IMG/VR virus record: IMGVR_UViG_3300016484_000774
Location: 1-29,624 of that record
Source of the DNA: a virus
Lineage: Duplodnaviria; Caudoviricetes
Length of the DNA: 29,624 nt
Reading direction: 5' to 3' (one strand)
Part shown: positions 15,938 to 24,738 of the stretch, in pieces
How the letters are laid out: each line of letters begins with the position of its first letter
How positions within the stretch are numbered: the stretch's first letter is position 1
Notes under the pieces: model-generated
Databases searched by the model: none
Told to the model about the DNA's origin: nothing
The model's input: the letters and a program-made list of their open reading frames with translations, nothing else
Translations under genes and position numbers: made by a program

Positions 15938-17551
15938 ATGAAGCGATGCGTGATCTACGCCCGCGTGAGCAGCGACGAGCAGGCCGAGCAGGGCCTCTCG
16001 GTGGACAGCCAGATCGAAGCGTGCAGGAGGAAGGCCGATGCCCTGGGCGCCGCTGTGCTGCAGGTCTACCGCGACGACGGCCGCTCAGGCCGCACCGACG
16101 CCCGCCCGGGCTTCCGCCAGGCGATCGACCATTGCAAGGCCACCTCGCCCGACTACCTGGTGGTGTGGAGCAGCTCGCGCTTCGCCCGCTCGGTGGTGGA
16201 CGCTGCTCGCTACAAGGACGCCCTGCAGGGCCTGCGCACCCGCGTGGTGTACGCCAGCCAGGACATCAACATCTGGACCGACGAAGGCTGGCTCACCGAC
16301 AGCATCCAGCAGATCTTCGATGAGCACACCAGCCGCACCATCGCGAAGGACACCAAGCGCAGCATGCTCAGCGCCGCGCGCTCGGGCTTCTTCATGGGTG
16401 GCCGCGTGCCCTACGGCTACCGGGCTGTGCCCGCGCCCGATGACCCTCGCCGGCGCCGCCTGCAGGTGGACGACGACGAAGCGGCCGTGGTGCGCGCCAT
16501 CTTCCGCCACAGCGCCCAGGGCATCGGCGCCTTCGCCATCGCCCAGCTGCTCAACGACCAGGGCTTCACCCTCAAGGGCCGGCCCTGGACCAAGAACGCA
16601 CTCCTGCACATGCTCAAGAGCGAGGTCTACATGGGACAGCTGATCTTCGGCCGCTTCGATCGCAAGCGCCGCACCGCCAGGCCGCGCGACGAGTGGGTGA
16701 CGGTGGACAGCCACCCGGCCATCGTGGAGCCCGGGCTCTTCGACCAGGTGCAGCGCGGCCTGGACAAGCGCACGCCGGTGGAGAGCCGCGCGCCCGGCAA
16801 CGCCGAGCACACCTTCGCCGGGATGATGCGGTGCGGCGCCTGCGGCGCGGCCCTGATGCTCACCAACGGCACCGGCCGCGGCGGCAAGGTCTACTACTAC
16901 TACGCCTGCCGTAGCGACTTGCAGGGCCAGCGCTGCGCCTTCAAGCGCCTGCCGGCAGGCAAGTTCGACGCCTGGATGCTCGGCGAGCTGCTCGACCGCG
17001 TGCTGACCGAAGACAACGTGCGCGGCGTGCTGGCCAAGCTCGACGGCGCCGCCACCGACTGGGTGAAGGACCGCGCCGCGCGCCGCAACAAGCTCGTGCT
17101 CGAGCTGCGCACCGTGGAAGGCCGGCGCTCGAAGCTCTACGAGGTGATCGAGCTGCAGGGCAAGGATGCGCCCGGCATCAGCGAAATCGGGCCGCGCCTG
17201 CGCGAGCTCAATGCCCAGATCGAGCGCCTCGAGGCCAGCCTGGTGGACATCGAAGACGAACAGCCCCCGCTGGCCGGTGGCTTCGACATCTCCCCGGCCG
17301 AGGCGGCGGAGGTGATGCGCGAGATGGTCCAGAAATGCGAAAGCCCGCAGGCTTTGCGGGCTTTCATCGGATCCATCGTTCAACAGATCACTGTCAGCGG
17401 CACCGAGGTGGTGGTTGAGTACCACCCCGAGTGCTTGATTCGCTGCGAAGGTGCCATGGTTCATAGCACCCGAAATTGGCTCCCCGTTCCTTCCACGCGA
17501 CGAACCACCGAGCGCCTGCGCCTGGCCCGCCCGTTCCTCCGCGCCGCCTGA
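15938..17551 (+). CDS. large serine recombinase/integrase
   Basis: YARVSS catalytic motif; SGRT..RPGF; SRFARS; GGRVPYGY recombinase domain; HPAIV; zinc ribbon CGACG...YYYYAC...C; C-terminal coiled coil. Confidence 0.95.
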   Translation: MKRCVIYARVSSDEQAEQGLSVDSQIEACRRKADALGAAVLQVYRDDGRSGRTDARPGFRQAIDHCKATSPDYLVVWSSSRFARSVVDAARYKDALQGLRTRVVYASQDINIWTDEGWLTDSIQQIFDEHTSRTIAKDTKRSMLSAARSGFFMGGRVPYGYRAVPAPDDPRRRRLQVDDDEAAVVRAIFRHSAQGIGAFAIAQLLNDQGFTLKGRPWTKNALLHMLKSEVYMGQLIFGRFDRKRRTARPRDEWVTVDSHPAIVEPGLFDQVQRGLDKRTPVESRAPGNAEHTFAGMMRCGACGAALMLTNGTGRGGKVYYYYACRSDLQGQRCAFKRLPAGKFDAWMLGELLDRVLTEDNVRGVLAKLDGAATDWVKDRAARRNKLVLELRTVEGRRSKLYEVIELQGKDAPGISEIGPRLRELNAQIERLEASLVDIEDEQPPLAGGFDISPAEAAEVMREMVQKCESPQALRAFIGSIVQQITVSGTEVVVEYHPECLIRCEGAMVHSTRNWLPVPSTRRTTERLRLARPFLRAA

Positions 17552-17639
17552 GCACCGGCCGCCCGTAGGGCTGCAAATGGCAGCCTGAAACGCTTTCACT
17601 CCCTGGCTAGCTGAGGCAGTACGCCTCGAGGAGCGAGTG

Positions 17640-19373
17640 ATGGCGAAAGTGTGGGTGGAGAACAAATCAAGCCAGGCGCAAGTCATTGGCGGCGAGCTGG
17701 TGGCGCCTGGTGAAGGCGCCTTCGTCGAGAACGGAGGCCCAGCCCCACGACGGCCGTCGTACTTCGTTCTTAGCGAGGGTCTGTCGCTGGCGTTGGCGGC
17801 TCAATTCAAGGTCACTCCTCCGACACGTGACAGCGACGGCATTGACATCGCCATCTCCATGTGTGTGGCTGCTGGTGGCGGCACGGTGGTGTATGAGCAG
17901 GCGCGCTACTCAGTCACGCGCAAGCACACGATGGCCTCTGGCGTGAGTCACGTTGGCGTGCCTTTGCGCATGACATTCGGAGCGTTGGACAACGTGCCGG
18001 ATTTCTGGACGATTCCGGCAAGCGGAGCGCCAGGCACCATTCTCGATGTGGCGGCAGGCGTGACGGCGTTCGCTTGGAATGAAGTCGATTTGGGCGTCGT
18101 GCAGTCTCCGCTCATGGCCTATGCGCTGACGCAGTGCCACCTGTACGGCCTGGCCTTCAATGGTGGCCAGCGTGCAATCAAGATCGGCGCGACAAATGCG
18201 ATGGGTTGCGAGGACGGCTCGATCGACATGATCTATGCCTACAACCAAACCTGCGACGACGGCGGCTATGCAATCGACATCCTGAACACCCAGTTTTTCA
18301 AGACCGGCCGCATTCGTGTCACCAACGACCAGGTGCAGGCTATTGGCGGCAACTACCGCTTCGGGTGCACGCTGCCGCAGGCTGTGCTTCTGACCGGTGA
18401 CTCGGACATTGATACGGTCTTCTCGCGCTGCACCAGTAGGACGCGAAAAGGCGTGGTGCTGGAGGCGTCCAACCCTCTCACCGCATTGCTGAACAACGTC
18501 AAGATCAACCGCACACATGCATCGCGGTATACGACCTCGACGCCCGATACGGTCAACGTCACGGCCACCAGCGGTAACGCCAACTTCGGCGTGCCCAACG
18601 CTACGGAGTTCCAGCTTTGCCAGATCGGCATGCCGCTGCGGTTCCAGTCCACTGCGCCAGCGGGCTTCGACGCCAACATCACGTACTTCGTTGTCGCACG
18701 AAGCACAGGTAGCCAGACGATCCAGCTTGCCGAGGCGGACTATGCAGCGGCACTTACGCCGACGGCCAGCGCCAGCTATGCCATGTACTGCGGAGGCTTC
18801 CCGACCTTCATCGCTCGTGGCGGCGAGACCGGCAGCGCGGTGAAGAACTGCGACTTCGGAGCACTGGCGCTGGAGGTCACAGGCAACATCGGCATGATGA
18901 TGCTCTCGAAGGTACGCAACTCCGTGGTGTTGATGGAGAACCCGTCAGCAAGCTTCACGGGGACCGGAATCATTGCGCGAGACGCTGAGACTGGCCTCAG
19001 CTACGGTGGCAGCGATCTCATCGGATTTGATGAGTCTGGGCTCATCGGCGGTCTGATGGGCGTCACGAACCTCGCCGCCGGTGACTATCAGCACACCGGC
19101 GGAAACATCACTCTGACGTCTGCGTGGAATGGCCGGCGCGTCCGCTACAGCGGCACCGCCGACATCACGATCACGATCCCGCGAAAGCTGCCTCCTGGCT
19201 TCGAGCTTGAGCTTGTGACGACTGGCGCGACTGGGATCGTCACGTTCTCTGCCGCCGCTGGCTTGGGTCTTTGGTCAAAAGCTGGCCTGCGCACCAATGG
19301 ACAGTACGCAAAGGTGAAGCTCTCCAAGATCTCGACCGTCGGCTACCACCTGAGCGGAGACACCCAGGTCTGA
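17640..19373 (+). CDS. virion spike/fibre-like protein with pectate-lyase-like beta-helix start (possible head fibre)
   Basis: GAGGAG RBS. DSDGIDIAISMCVAAGGGTVVYEQARY resembles a beta-helix cap. The protein is Gly/Thr/Asn-rich and ends TITIP...GF...GIVTF...GQYA...LSGD. GC is visibly lower than in flanking genes. Confidence 0.65.
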   Translation: MAKVWVENKSSQAQVIGGELVAPGEGAFVENGGPAPRRPSYFVLSEGLSLALAAQFKVTPPTRDSDGIDIAISMCVAAGGGTVVYEQARYSVTRKHTMASGVSHVGVPLRMTFGALDNVPDFWTIPASGAPGTILDVAAGVTAFAWNEVDLGVVQSPLMAYALTQCHLYGLAFNGGQRAIKIGATNAMGCEDGSIDMIYAYNQTCDDGGYAIDILNTQFFKTGRIRVTNDQVQAIGGNYRFGCTLPQAVLLTGDSDIDTVFSRCTSRTRKGVVLEASNPLTALLNNVKINRTHASRYTTSTPDTVNVTATSGNANFGVPNATEFQLCQIGMPLRFQSTAPAGFDANITYFVVARSTGSQTIQLAEADYAAALTPTASASYAMYCGGFPTFIARGGETGSAVKNCDFGALALEVTGNIGMMMLSKVRNSVVLMENPSASFTGTGIIARDAETGLSYGGSDLIGFDESGLIGGLMGVTNLAAGDYQHTGGNITLTSAWNGRRVRYSGTADITITIPRKLPPGFELELVTTGATGIVTFSAAAGLGLWSKAGLRTNGQYAKVKLSKISTVGYHLSGDTQV

Positions 19374-19430
19374 CACCTGCCCTCCCTGACGGTTTGAAAT
19401 GTCATGCCACCCACGCGCAAAGTGCGTGGC

Positions 19431-22085
19431 ATGAACAAGTTGTCTCCTCCTTGTCGTCAAGACCAGGGATTCGTGCCGCCCGGTGCTCAGCGTGCCGGGC
19501 GGCATATTTTTCTGTCGGGTGACGGCGGCGATGTTCCGCAGCGCGTGAGATTCCTCTCTCTGCCTGTGGCGCTGGCCGAAGGGGCGACGACTTCTTGGGT
19601 GACGGTGACCCGGACGGGCACTTTCACCGATCCTCGCTACGGCTCGTTCGACATCACGCCGGCCATGCTGGCGGAGATGGTGCGCAACTTCGATTCCCGC
19701 GTCCTGGGACAGGACGTGTTCATCGACGTGGCCCACAAGCCGAGCGACGGCGCTGCTGGCCGCGTCACGCGGCTGGCGGTGGAGAACGGGCGGCTGCGCG
19801 CCCTGGTGGAGTGGACGCCCTTCGGCGTCGACGCCATCAAGGGCCGCGGCTTCTCGTACCTCAGCGCGGAGTACCACGAGGCCTGGCGGGACAACGAAAA
19901 AGGTGATCCCCACGGCTGCGTGCTGCTCGGCGCTGGTCTCACCGTGCGACCCGTGATCAAGCACCTGGACAGGGTGCAGCTCAGCCGTGACGGCGGGGCC
20001 CAAGCGGACGACGACGAGGCCAAGTTGGCCATCCATCCCTCCTTGCCCAAACACCTGGAGCAACCGACCATGAATCCGCACCTGAAGGCCCTCCGTGAGA
20101 AGCTGCTGTCTCTCGGCCTCATCGAAACCCAGATCAAGCTGATCCTCGACGCCGCGCAGAAGGAGCTCGAAGCTGCCGGCAATGACGAGGCCAAGTGCCT
20201 CGCCATCAGCGCCACCTTCGAAGCCGCCGGCACCGCGCTGGTGACCCAGCTCAAGAGCCTGGCCGGTGGTGGCCAGCCCACCATCAACCTGCAGGTGGGC
20301 GGCGCCGGCCTGAGCACCGCCGACGTGAACCGCGAGGTGGCCCGCCTGCTGGCCGAGCGTGAAGCCGCCGCGGCGGCCGATGCCACCACGCTCGCCGCCA
20401 AGCGCAAGCTGCTGTCCGACACCGTGGCCGGCAGCAAGGCGCTGGCCGAGGAGCAGCGCACCGCCATCGTCGCCGAGCTGACGCCGCTGGTGACCAAGGA
20501 GCTGAGCGACGACCAGGTGAAGGCCATGGCCACCGTCTTCCTGGCCCAGGCCGAGAAGACCAGCGCCGCCGGCATGCTGGCCACGCTGGGCTATCGCCCG
20601 GCCTCGGGCTCGGTGCATCTGTCGGTGGACAGCACCAACCAGGTCAAGGCGCTGCAGGAGCACGTCGACAAGCGCCTGGGCATCTCCGGCGCCGCGGAGT
20701 CCGTCCGCTTCGAGCGCACCGGTGGCAAGCTGCTGGACGTGAACAAGGCCTTCGCCGAGAAGGCGCTGGCGCAGTTTGACGCCGAGAACGGCCACAAGCT
20801 GGCGCTCGAGCACAAGGCGCTGGCCGCGGGCGTGGGCGTGAGCAGCGACGTGGCCGTGCCCGCCATCTTCGAGCGCACGGTGCTGCGCGAGGCGCTCTAC
20901 CAGCTGGTGGGCCTGGCCTTCGTCGACAGTGGCACCGCCGCCATGGCGCCGGTGATCCAGGTGCCCTACTCGTACCGCGACACCACCGCCACCGGCGTGA
21001 GCGGCGTGCGCACCTACGAGAACCAGGCCATCAAGCGCGCCGGCATCATCCAGACCTTCGACGAGGCCCGGCCGATCCCGCAGAAGCTGTCCTTCCGTCT
21101 CTCCAACGAGATGAAGTACCTGCTGCAGGCCGCGCCGATCGACTTCGACGGCATGGCCGAGAACGCCCGCAACGTGATCCGCATCGTGGGTGAGGACACG
21201 GACCAGCTCATCCACAACGAGGTGCTGCGCTCGGCGGACGAGGCCGTCTCGGCGACGACCACCGACACGCTCACCGCCCAGGTGAACGGCACGAACCGCA
21301 TCTTCGTGCTGACGCAGTTCCCGGTGGTGCGTCCGCGCCAGTTCTTCGACCTCAAGGGCGCGCAGGTGGGCTCCACGCTGAACGCCATCACCGTCACGCT
21401 CAACAGCGTGGTGCGCTCGGAGTACGTGACGGGCGTCACCCTCGCCGCCGGCCTGTACTGGGTGATGGACTACAACCTGGGCGAGCTGCGCTTCGTGAAC
21501 GAGTCGGGCGTGCTGCAGACGCCGACCAACGCCTGGCCGCTCACGGTGCAGTACACCTACACCCAAAACGTCTCGAAGGTGAACCTGGACATCGGCGCCA
21601 ACCCCGACACGATCAACCTCGTGTACGACCGCGCGCTGAACCTCATCGGCGGCCGCAAGGTGGTGATCGAGAACGACCGCTACTACACCGCCAACCTGCT
21701 GCTGATGAGCGGCGCGGTGGACAACGCGCTCGGCCAGGCCACCACCTTCCAGGCCAACGCCTCGCGCCCGGGCACCGGCCTGAACGCCGATGGCTCGGTG
21801 GGCATCATCAAGGGCATGCCGGCGTACAACACCCGTGCGCCTGGCCTGAACATGGGTGACGCCCGCATCGTGGTGGGCGAGCGCGGCAACACGCGCTTCC
21901 GCATGCTCAAGCCGTTCGCGATGGTGGAGCCCGAGCAGGCGCGTGACGCCGCGGGCAACTTCATCGCCGCGACCGAGAGCTACGGCGAGCAGTACGTGGC
22001 CGTGCACACGCCCACGATGCGCAAGAACGCCAACACCTCGCTGGTGCTGTACAGCGCCACGGGCCGCGTGGCCCGCGCCAGCTGA
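19431..22085 (+). CDS. fused Mu-like prohead protease + scaffold + major capsid protein
   Basis: The N-terminus carries Mu gpI-type protease motifs (FIDVAH, GAAGRV, VEWTPFG, YLSAEY, LLGAGLTVRP). The middle is helical and Ala/Glu/Lys-rich. The C-terminal ~480 aa are capsid-like (VAVPAIFERTVL...). The start is ATG 19431 or 19404. Confidence 0.85.
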   Translation: MNKLSPPCRQDQGFVPPGAQRAGRHIFLSGDGGDVPQRVRFLSLPVALAEGATTSWVTVTRTGTFTDPRYGSFDITPAMLAEMVRNFDSRVLGQDVFIDVAHKPSDGAAGRVTRLAVENGRLRALVEWTPFGVDAIKGRGFSYLSAEYHEAWRDNEKGDPHGCVLLGAGLTVRPVIKHLDRVQLSRDGGAQADDDEAKLAIHPSLPKHLEQPTMNPHLKALREKLLSLGLIETQIKLILDAAQKELEAAGNDEAKCLAISATFEAAGTALVTQLKSLAGGGQPTINLQVGGAGLSTADVNREVARLLAEREAAAAADATTLAAKRKLLSDTVAGSKALAEEQRTAIVAELTPLVTKELSDDQVKAMATVFLAQAEKTSAAGMLATLGYRPASGSVHLSVDSTNQVKALQEHVDKRLGISGAAESVRFERTGGKLLDVNKAFAEKALAQFDAENGHKLALEHKALAAGVGVSSDVAVPAIFERTVLREALYQLVGLAFVDSGTAAMAPVIQVPYSYRDTTATGVSGVRTYENQAIKRAGIIQTFDEARPIPQKLSFRLSNEMKYLLQAAPIDFDGMAENARNVIRIVGEDTDQLIHNEVLRSADEAVSATTTDTLTAQVNGTNRIFVLTQFPVVRPRQFFDLKGAQVGSTLNAITVTLNSVVRSEYVTGVTLAAGLYWVMDYNLGELRFVNESGVLQTPTNAWPLTVQYTYTQNVSKVNLDIGANPDTINLVYDRALNLIGGRKVVIENDRYYTANLLLMSGAVDNALGQATTFQANASRPGTGLNADGSVGIIKGMPAYNTRAPGLNMGDARIVVGERGNTRFRMLKPFAMVEPEQARDAAGNFIAATESYGEQYVAVHTPTMRKNANTSLVLYSATGRVARAS

Positions 22086-22115
22086 CCGGGATTCTTGTAG
22101 CCCGCGAAGCAGACC

Positions 22116-22142
22116 CCCCGGAGGCCGTGAGCGCCTCCGGGG
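22116..22142 (+). terminator. post-capsid stem-loop (weak terminator or mRNA stabiliser)
   Basis: CCCCGGAGGC-cgtgagc-GCCTCCGGGG forms a 10-bp stem; only TT follows. Confidence 0.5.
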
Positions 22143-22168
22143 TTCGAGCACACCCCGAGGACCCACCC

Positions 22169-22567
22169 ATGGCCAAGCGCTACATCCACAACGACACCGA
22201 CCGCGTGATGTTCGTCGGCTCCATCCTCATCCACCCCGGCCAAGGCCGCGAGGTGGACGAGGAGTTCCTGCCGCCCGAGGCTCCGCCTGAGGCGGGCACC
22301 ACGAGCGAAGAGCCCCCCGCTGGCAAGACCGCCGAGGAGCTTGCCGCCGAGCAAGCCGCCGCCGAAGCCGCCCAGCGCATCGCCGAGCTGCAGGCCGAGG
22401 TGCTGGCCTCGCTGATGCCCAAACTGCCCGAGCTGGGCGACGACGACCTGGCCGCCCTGGCCGAGGCCGAGAGCGCCAGCGACACGCCGCGCAAGACGCT
22501 GATGGAGCGCATCGGCGAGCTGCAGCTCGAGCGCGCCCAGAAGCGCGCCGGCGGCGCCCCGACCTGA
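22169..22567 (+). CDS. small head-associated protein (132 aa)
   Basis: GAGGA RBS; lies immediately after the capsid gene. It has a beta-rich N-terminus, an acidic linker and a helical C-terminus (DDLAALAEAE...RKTLMERI). Confidence 0.75.
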   Translation: MAKRYIHNDTDRVMFVGSILIHPGQGREVDEEFLPPEAPPEAGTTSEEPPAGKTAEELAAEQAAAEAAQRIAELQAEVLASLMPKLPELGDDDLAALAEAESASDTPRKTLMERIGELQLERAQKRAGGAPT

Positions 22568-22592
22568 GCCCCCGGGCTGAGCAGGAGCACCC

Positions 22593-23207
22593 GTGGCCGG
22601 CAGCATGACGCGCCCCGACCTGGTGGCCGACCTGAAGCGCTCCCTGCATGACGCAGGGAGCGTGTTCAACGCCGCCGGTGATGCCGACTGGCTGCGCTTC
22701 CTCGCCATCGCCCTGGTGGCCATGCAGACGAAGCGCCCGCGCACGCTGCTGGGCACCGTCACCCTCATCGCCGAGCAGGACCGCTACACCATCGACGCGG
22801 CCGACTTCGCGACCTACAAGACCCACAGCTGGGGCGGCCGCCCGCCCAAGCCCTGGGCGCCGGAGTACCCCGGCGCGCTGCCGCGCGTGAGCGTGGCGCA
22901 GGAGGGCACCGCCAACGTGCTGGTGTTCGACCCCGCGCCCACCATGAAGCACATCAACGCCTACGGCAGCGTTTTCCGCTTCTGGTACTTCGGCACCCAC
23001 ACCGCCACCGACACCACCACCACGCTGGCGCCGGTGGACCGCCCGCTGCTGCTGCTGCGCGCCCAGGCCGAGGCCCTGCGCGAGCTGACCATGCGCAACA
23101 TCAACAAGCCGGTGAGCCTGCGTGATGGCCTCAGCGGCACGCCGCGCAACAGCACGCCCGCCGCCCTCTTCCAGGCCCTGCTGCAGGAGTGGGAGGCCGC
23201 GCGGTGA
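22593..23207 (+). CDS. putative head-tail adaptor
   Basis: AGGAG RBS with GTG start; size and position between head and tail genes. Confidence 0.65.
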   Translation: MAGSMTRPDLVADLKRSLHDAGSVFNAAGDADWLRFLAIALVAMQTKRPRTLLGTVTLIAEQDRYTIDAADFATYKTHSWGGRPPKPWAPEYPGALPRVSVAQEGTANVLVFDPAPTMKHINAYGSVFRFWYFGTHTATDTTTTLAPVDRPLLLLRAQAEALRELTMRNINKPVSLRDGLSGTPRNSTPAALFQALLQEWEAAR

Positions 23208-23773
23208 AGATCGAGCACAACGCCCACCAGGTGGGCCTGCGCTTCACCGCCGCGGGCCCGCAGATCCGCGCCGAGGTGGCCACCGAGCTGGGCCGCCTGG
23301 CCGCGCGGGTGGCGGCCGACATGCGCCGCGCCGCGCCCAAGCACCGCAGCACCCTGGCCAACAGCGTGCGGCATGACGAGCTCGGCGAGTTCGAGCACTT
23401 CGTGGGCCCGCACGTCGACTACGCCCTGTGGGTGGAGAAGGGCCGCAAGCCAGGCAAGGGCCTGCCCCGCTTCTTCGACCCGGCCGCCGCGTCCATCGTC
23501 GGCTGGCTCGAGGCGCGGGTGGAAGGCGCCCGCCTCAAGGCCAATGCGAAGTACCGCCGCGCCAGGCTGGGCAGCACGCGCCGCACCGCCGCCGAGCTGG
23601 AGCTGCGCGACCGCTACATGGCGCTCTCGCGCCACGTGAAGCTGCACGGCCTCAAGGCCGCGCCCTACGTCAAGCCCACGGCCGACGCCTGGCGCGGCCG
23701 CCTGGCCGATGGGCTGGCGCTGGCCATCCGCCGCGGCATCCGCCAGGCCGGCATCGGCAGGGGCACCGCATGA
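23204..23773 (+). CDS. HK97 gp10-like neck/tail-completion protein
   Basis: AAPKHRSTLANSV, VDYALWVEKG and GLKAAPYVKP motifs; GTGA overlap. Confidence 0.8.
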   Translation: MKIEHNAHQVGLRFTAAGPQIRAEVATELGRLAARVAADMRRAAPKHRSTLANSVRHDELGEFEHFVGPHVDYALWVEKGRKPGKGLPRFFDPAAASIVGWLEARVEGARLKANAKYRRARLGSTRRTAAELELRDRYMALSRHVKLHGLKAAPYVKPTADAWRGRLADGLALAIRRGIRQAGIGRGTA

Positions 23774-24207
23774 GCCGCAACGCCTTCATGGTGGCGGCCC
23801 AGGCCAGCCTGCAGGCGATGCACCCGCACCGCCTGGTCAAGCGCGGCCTGCAGGACCCTGCAAAGCTCGGTGATGCCGCGCTGCTGCAGGGCGTGTTCGC
23901 CCTCATCGCCGATGACACCAAGGGCTGGCCCGCCATCACCGGCCGCGAGGGCGAGTGGGGCACGCTTGCGTTCTCCGTCGTCGCCTACCTGCGCGTGCCT
24001 GAGGGCCCGGCCGACGACCCCGACTACAACGTGGCGCTGGCCGTCGAAGAAGCCGAGGCCGTGATGGAGGCCGAGCTGCTCGCCTGGTGCCAGGCCATCA
24101 AGCCCGAACCGCTGGACGCCGTGTACCCGCAAGAGTGCCAGTACAGCCGCGGCCTGGATGCGCCCGTGGGCTGGGTGGTGATGACGCTGGAGGCCCTGTA
24201 TGTCTAG
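23770..24207 (+). CDS. putative tail terminator protein
   Basis: 145 aa, acidic, ATGA overlap; lies after the gp10-like gene and before the tail tube. Confidence 0.6.
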   Translation: MSRNAFMVAAQASLQAMHPHRLVKRGLQDPAKLGDAALLQGVFALIADDTKGWPAITGREGEWGTLAFSVVAYLRVPEGPADDPDYNVALAVEEAEAVMEAELLAWCQAIKPEPLDAVYPQECQYSRGLDAPVGWVVMTLEALYV

Positions 24208-24571
24208 CTCCGCGAGCGCCCTGCCCAAGCTGCAGGCCGCGATCGACGAAACCAGCCTCTGGCTCGTGTTCGCCCTGGTGGGCGGCAGCGGCGCCAGCGT
24301 GCTCGCCCTCGGCCTGCTGCTGCGCTCGAACCAGGGCCTGAGCAAGCGCGTGGTGATGGGCACCCTGCTGCACAGCGCCGCCTGGGGCATGGCCGTGTTC
24401 CTGCTGAGCTACAGCAGCTTCCCCGGAAACCTGCCCTTCCTCCTGGGCCTGAGCATCACCAGCGGCATGGGCGCCGCGAGCTTCCTGGACCTGATGCTGA
24501 TGCTGGTGAAACAGCGCCTGGGCATCAGCGTCACCATCAACCCGCCACCGAAGGACGAGGCCGCACCATGA
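24200..24571 (+). CDS. putative holin (three hydrophobic segments)
   Basis: 123 aa with hydrophobic stretches LWLVFALVGGSGASVLALGLLL, TLLHSAAWGMAVFLL and FLLGLSITSGMGAASFL, and a charged C-terminus. Confidence 0.65.
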   Translation: MSSSASALPKLQAAIDETSLWLVFALVGGSGASVLALGLLLRSNQGLSKRVVMGTLLHSAAWGMAVFLLSYSSFPGNLPFLLGLSITSGMGAASFLDLMLMLVKQRLGISVTINPPPKDEAAP

Positions 24572-24732
24572 GCGAAGCCACCCCCACCACCCCGCTGCCG
24601 CAGCCCCGCAAAGGTGGCTGCTATGTGCGCCTGCCCGACGGCAGCCTGGTGCCCGAGAACGAAGCGCCCGCGGCCGAGCTGCCCGCGCTGCCCGCCGGCG
24701 ACCAGCCGGCCTCCCCCGCCACCCCGGAGTAA
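24568..24732 (+). CDS. 54-aa Pro-rich protein missed by the ORF track
   Basis: ATGA overlap with the holin. MSEATPTTPLPQPRKGGCYVRLPDGSLVPE... ends at TAA 24730-24732, 6 nt before the tube start. Confidence 0.75.
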   Translation: MSEATPTTPLPQPRKGGCYVRLPDGSLVPENEAPAAELPALPAGDQPASPATPE

Positions 24733-24738
24733 GCCGCC

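Noticed and set aside
17477-17506. TGGCTCCCCG...CGAACC at the end of the serine recombinase, resembling the reverse complement of a tRNA 3' end (possible att core)
   Set aside because: Only 10 bp match, the spacing to the T-loop-like motif is wrong and there is no cloverleaf. It cannot be called a tRNA or att site, though it is a place to look for attP.
17640-19373. Diversity-generating retroelement or invertible cassette acting on the spike gene
   Set aside because: No reverse transcriptase, template/variable repeat pair or flanking inverted crossover sites were seen. The adjacent enzyme is an integrase-type large serine recombinase, not a small Gin-like invertase.
22134-22160. GGTTCGAG T-loop-like motif suggesting a tRNA
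   Set aside because: There is no D-arm, anticodon arm or acceptor stem; it is part of the intergenic hairpins.
19275-22166. Long minus-strand ORFs (963, 718, 533, 532, 497 aa etc.) and alternative-frame plus-strand ORFs
   Set aside because: They are shadows of high-GC genes: they overlap motif-bearing genes, are Arg/Ala/Gly/His-rich and have no recognisable motifs.
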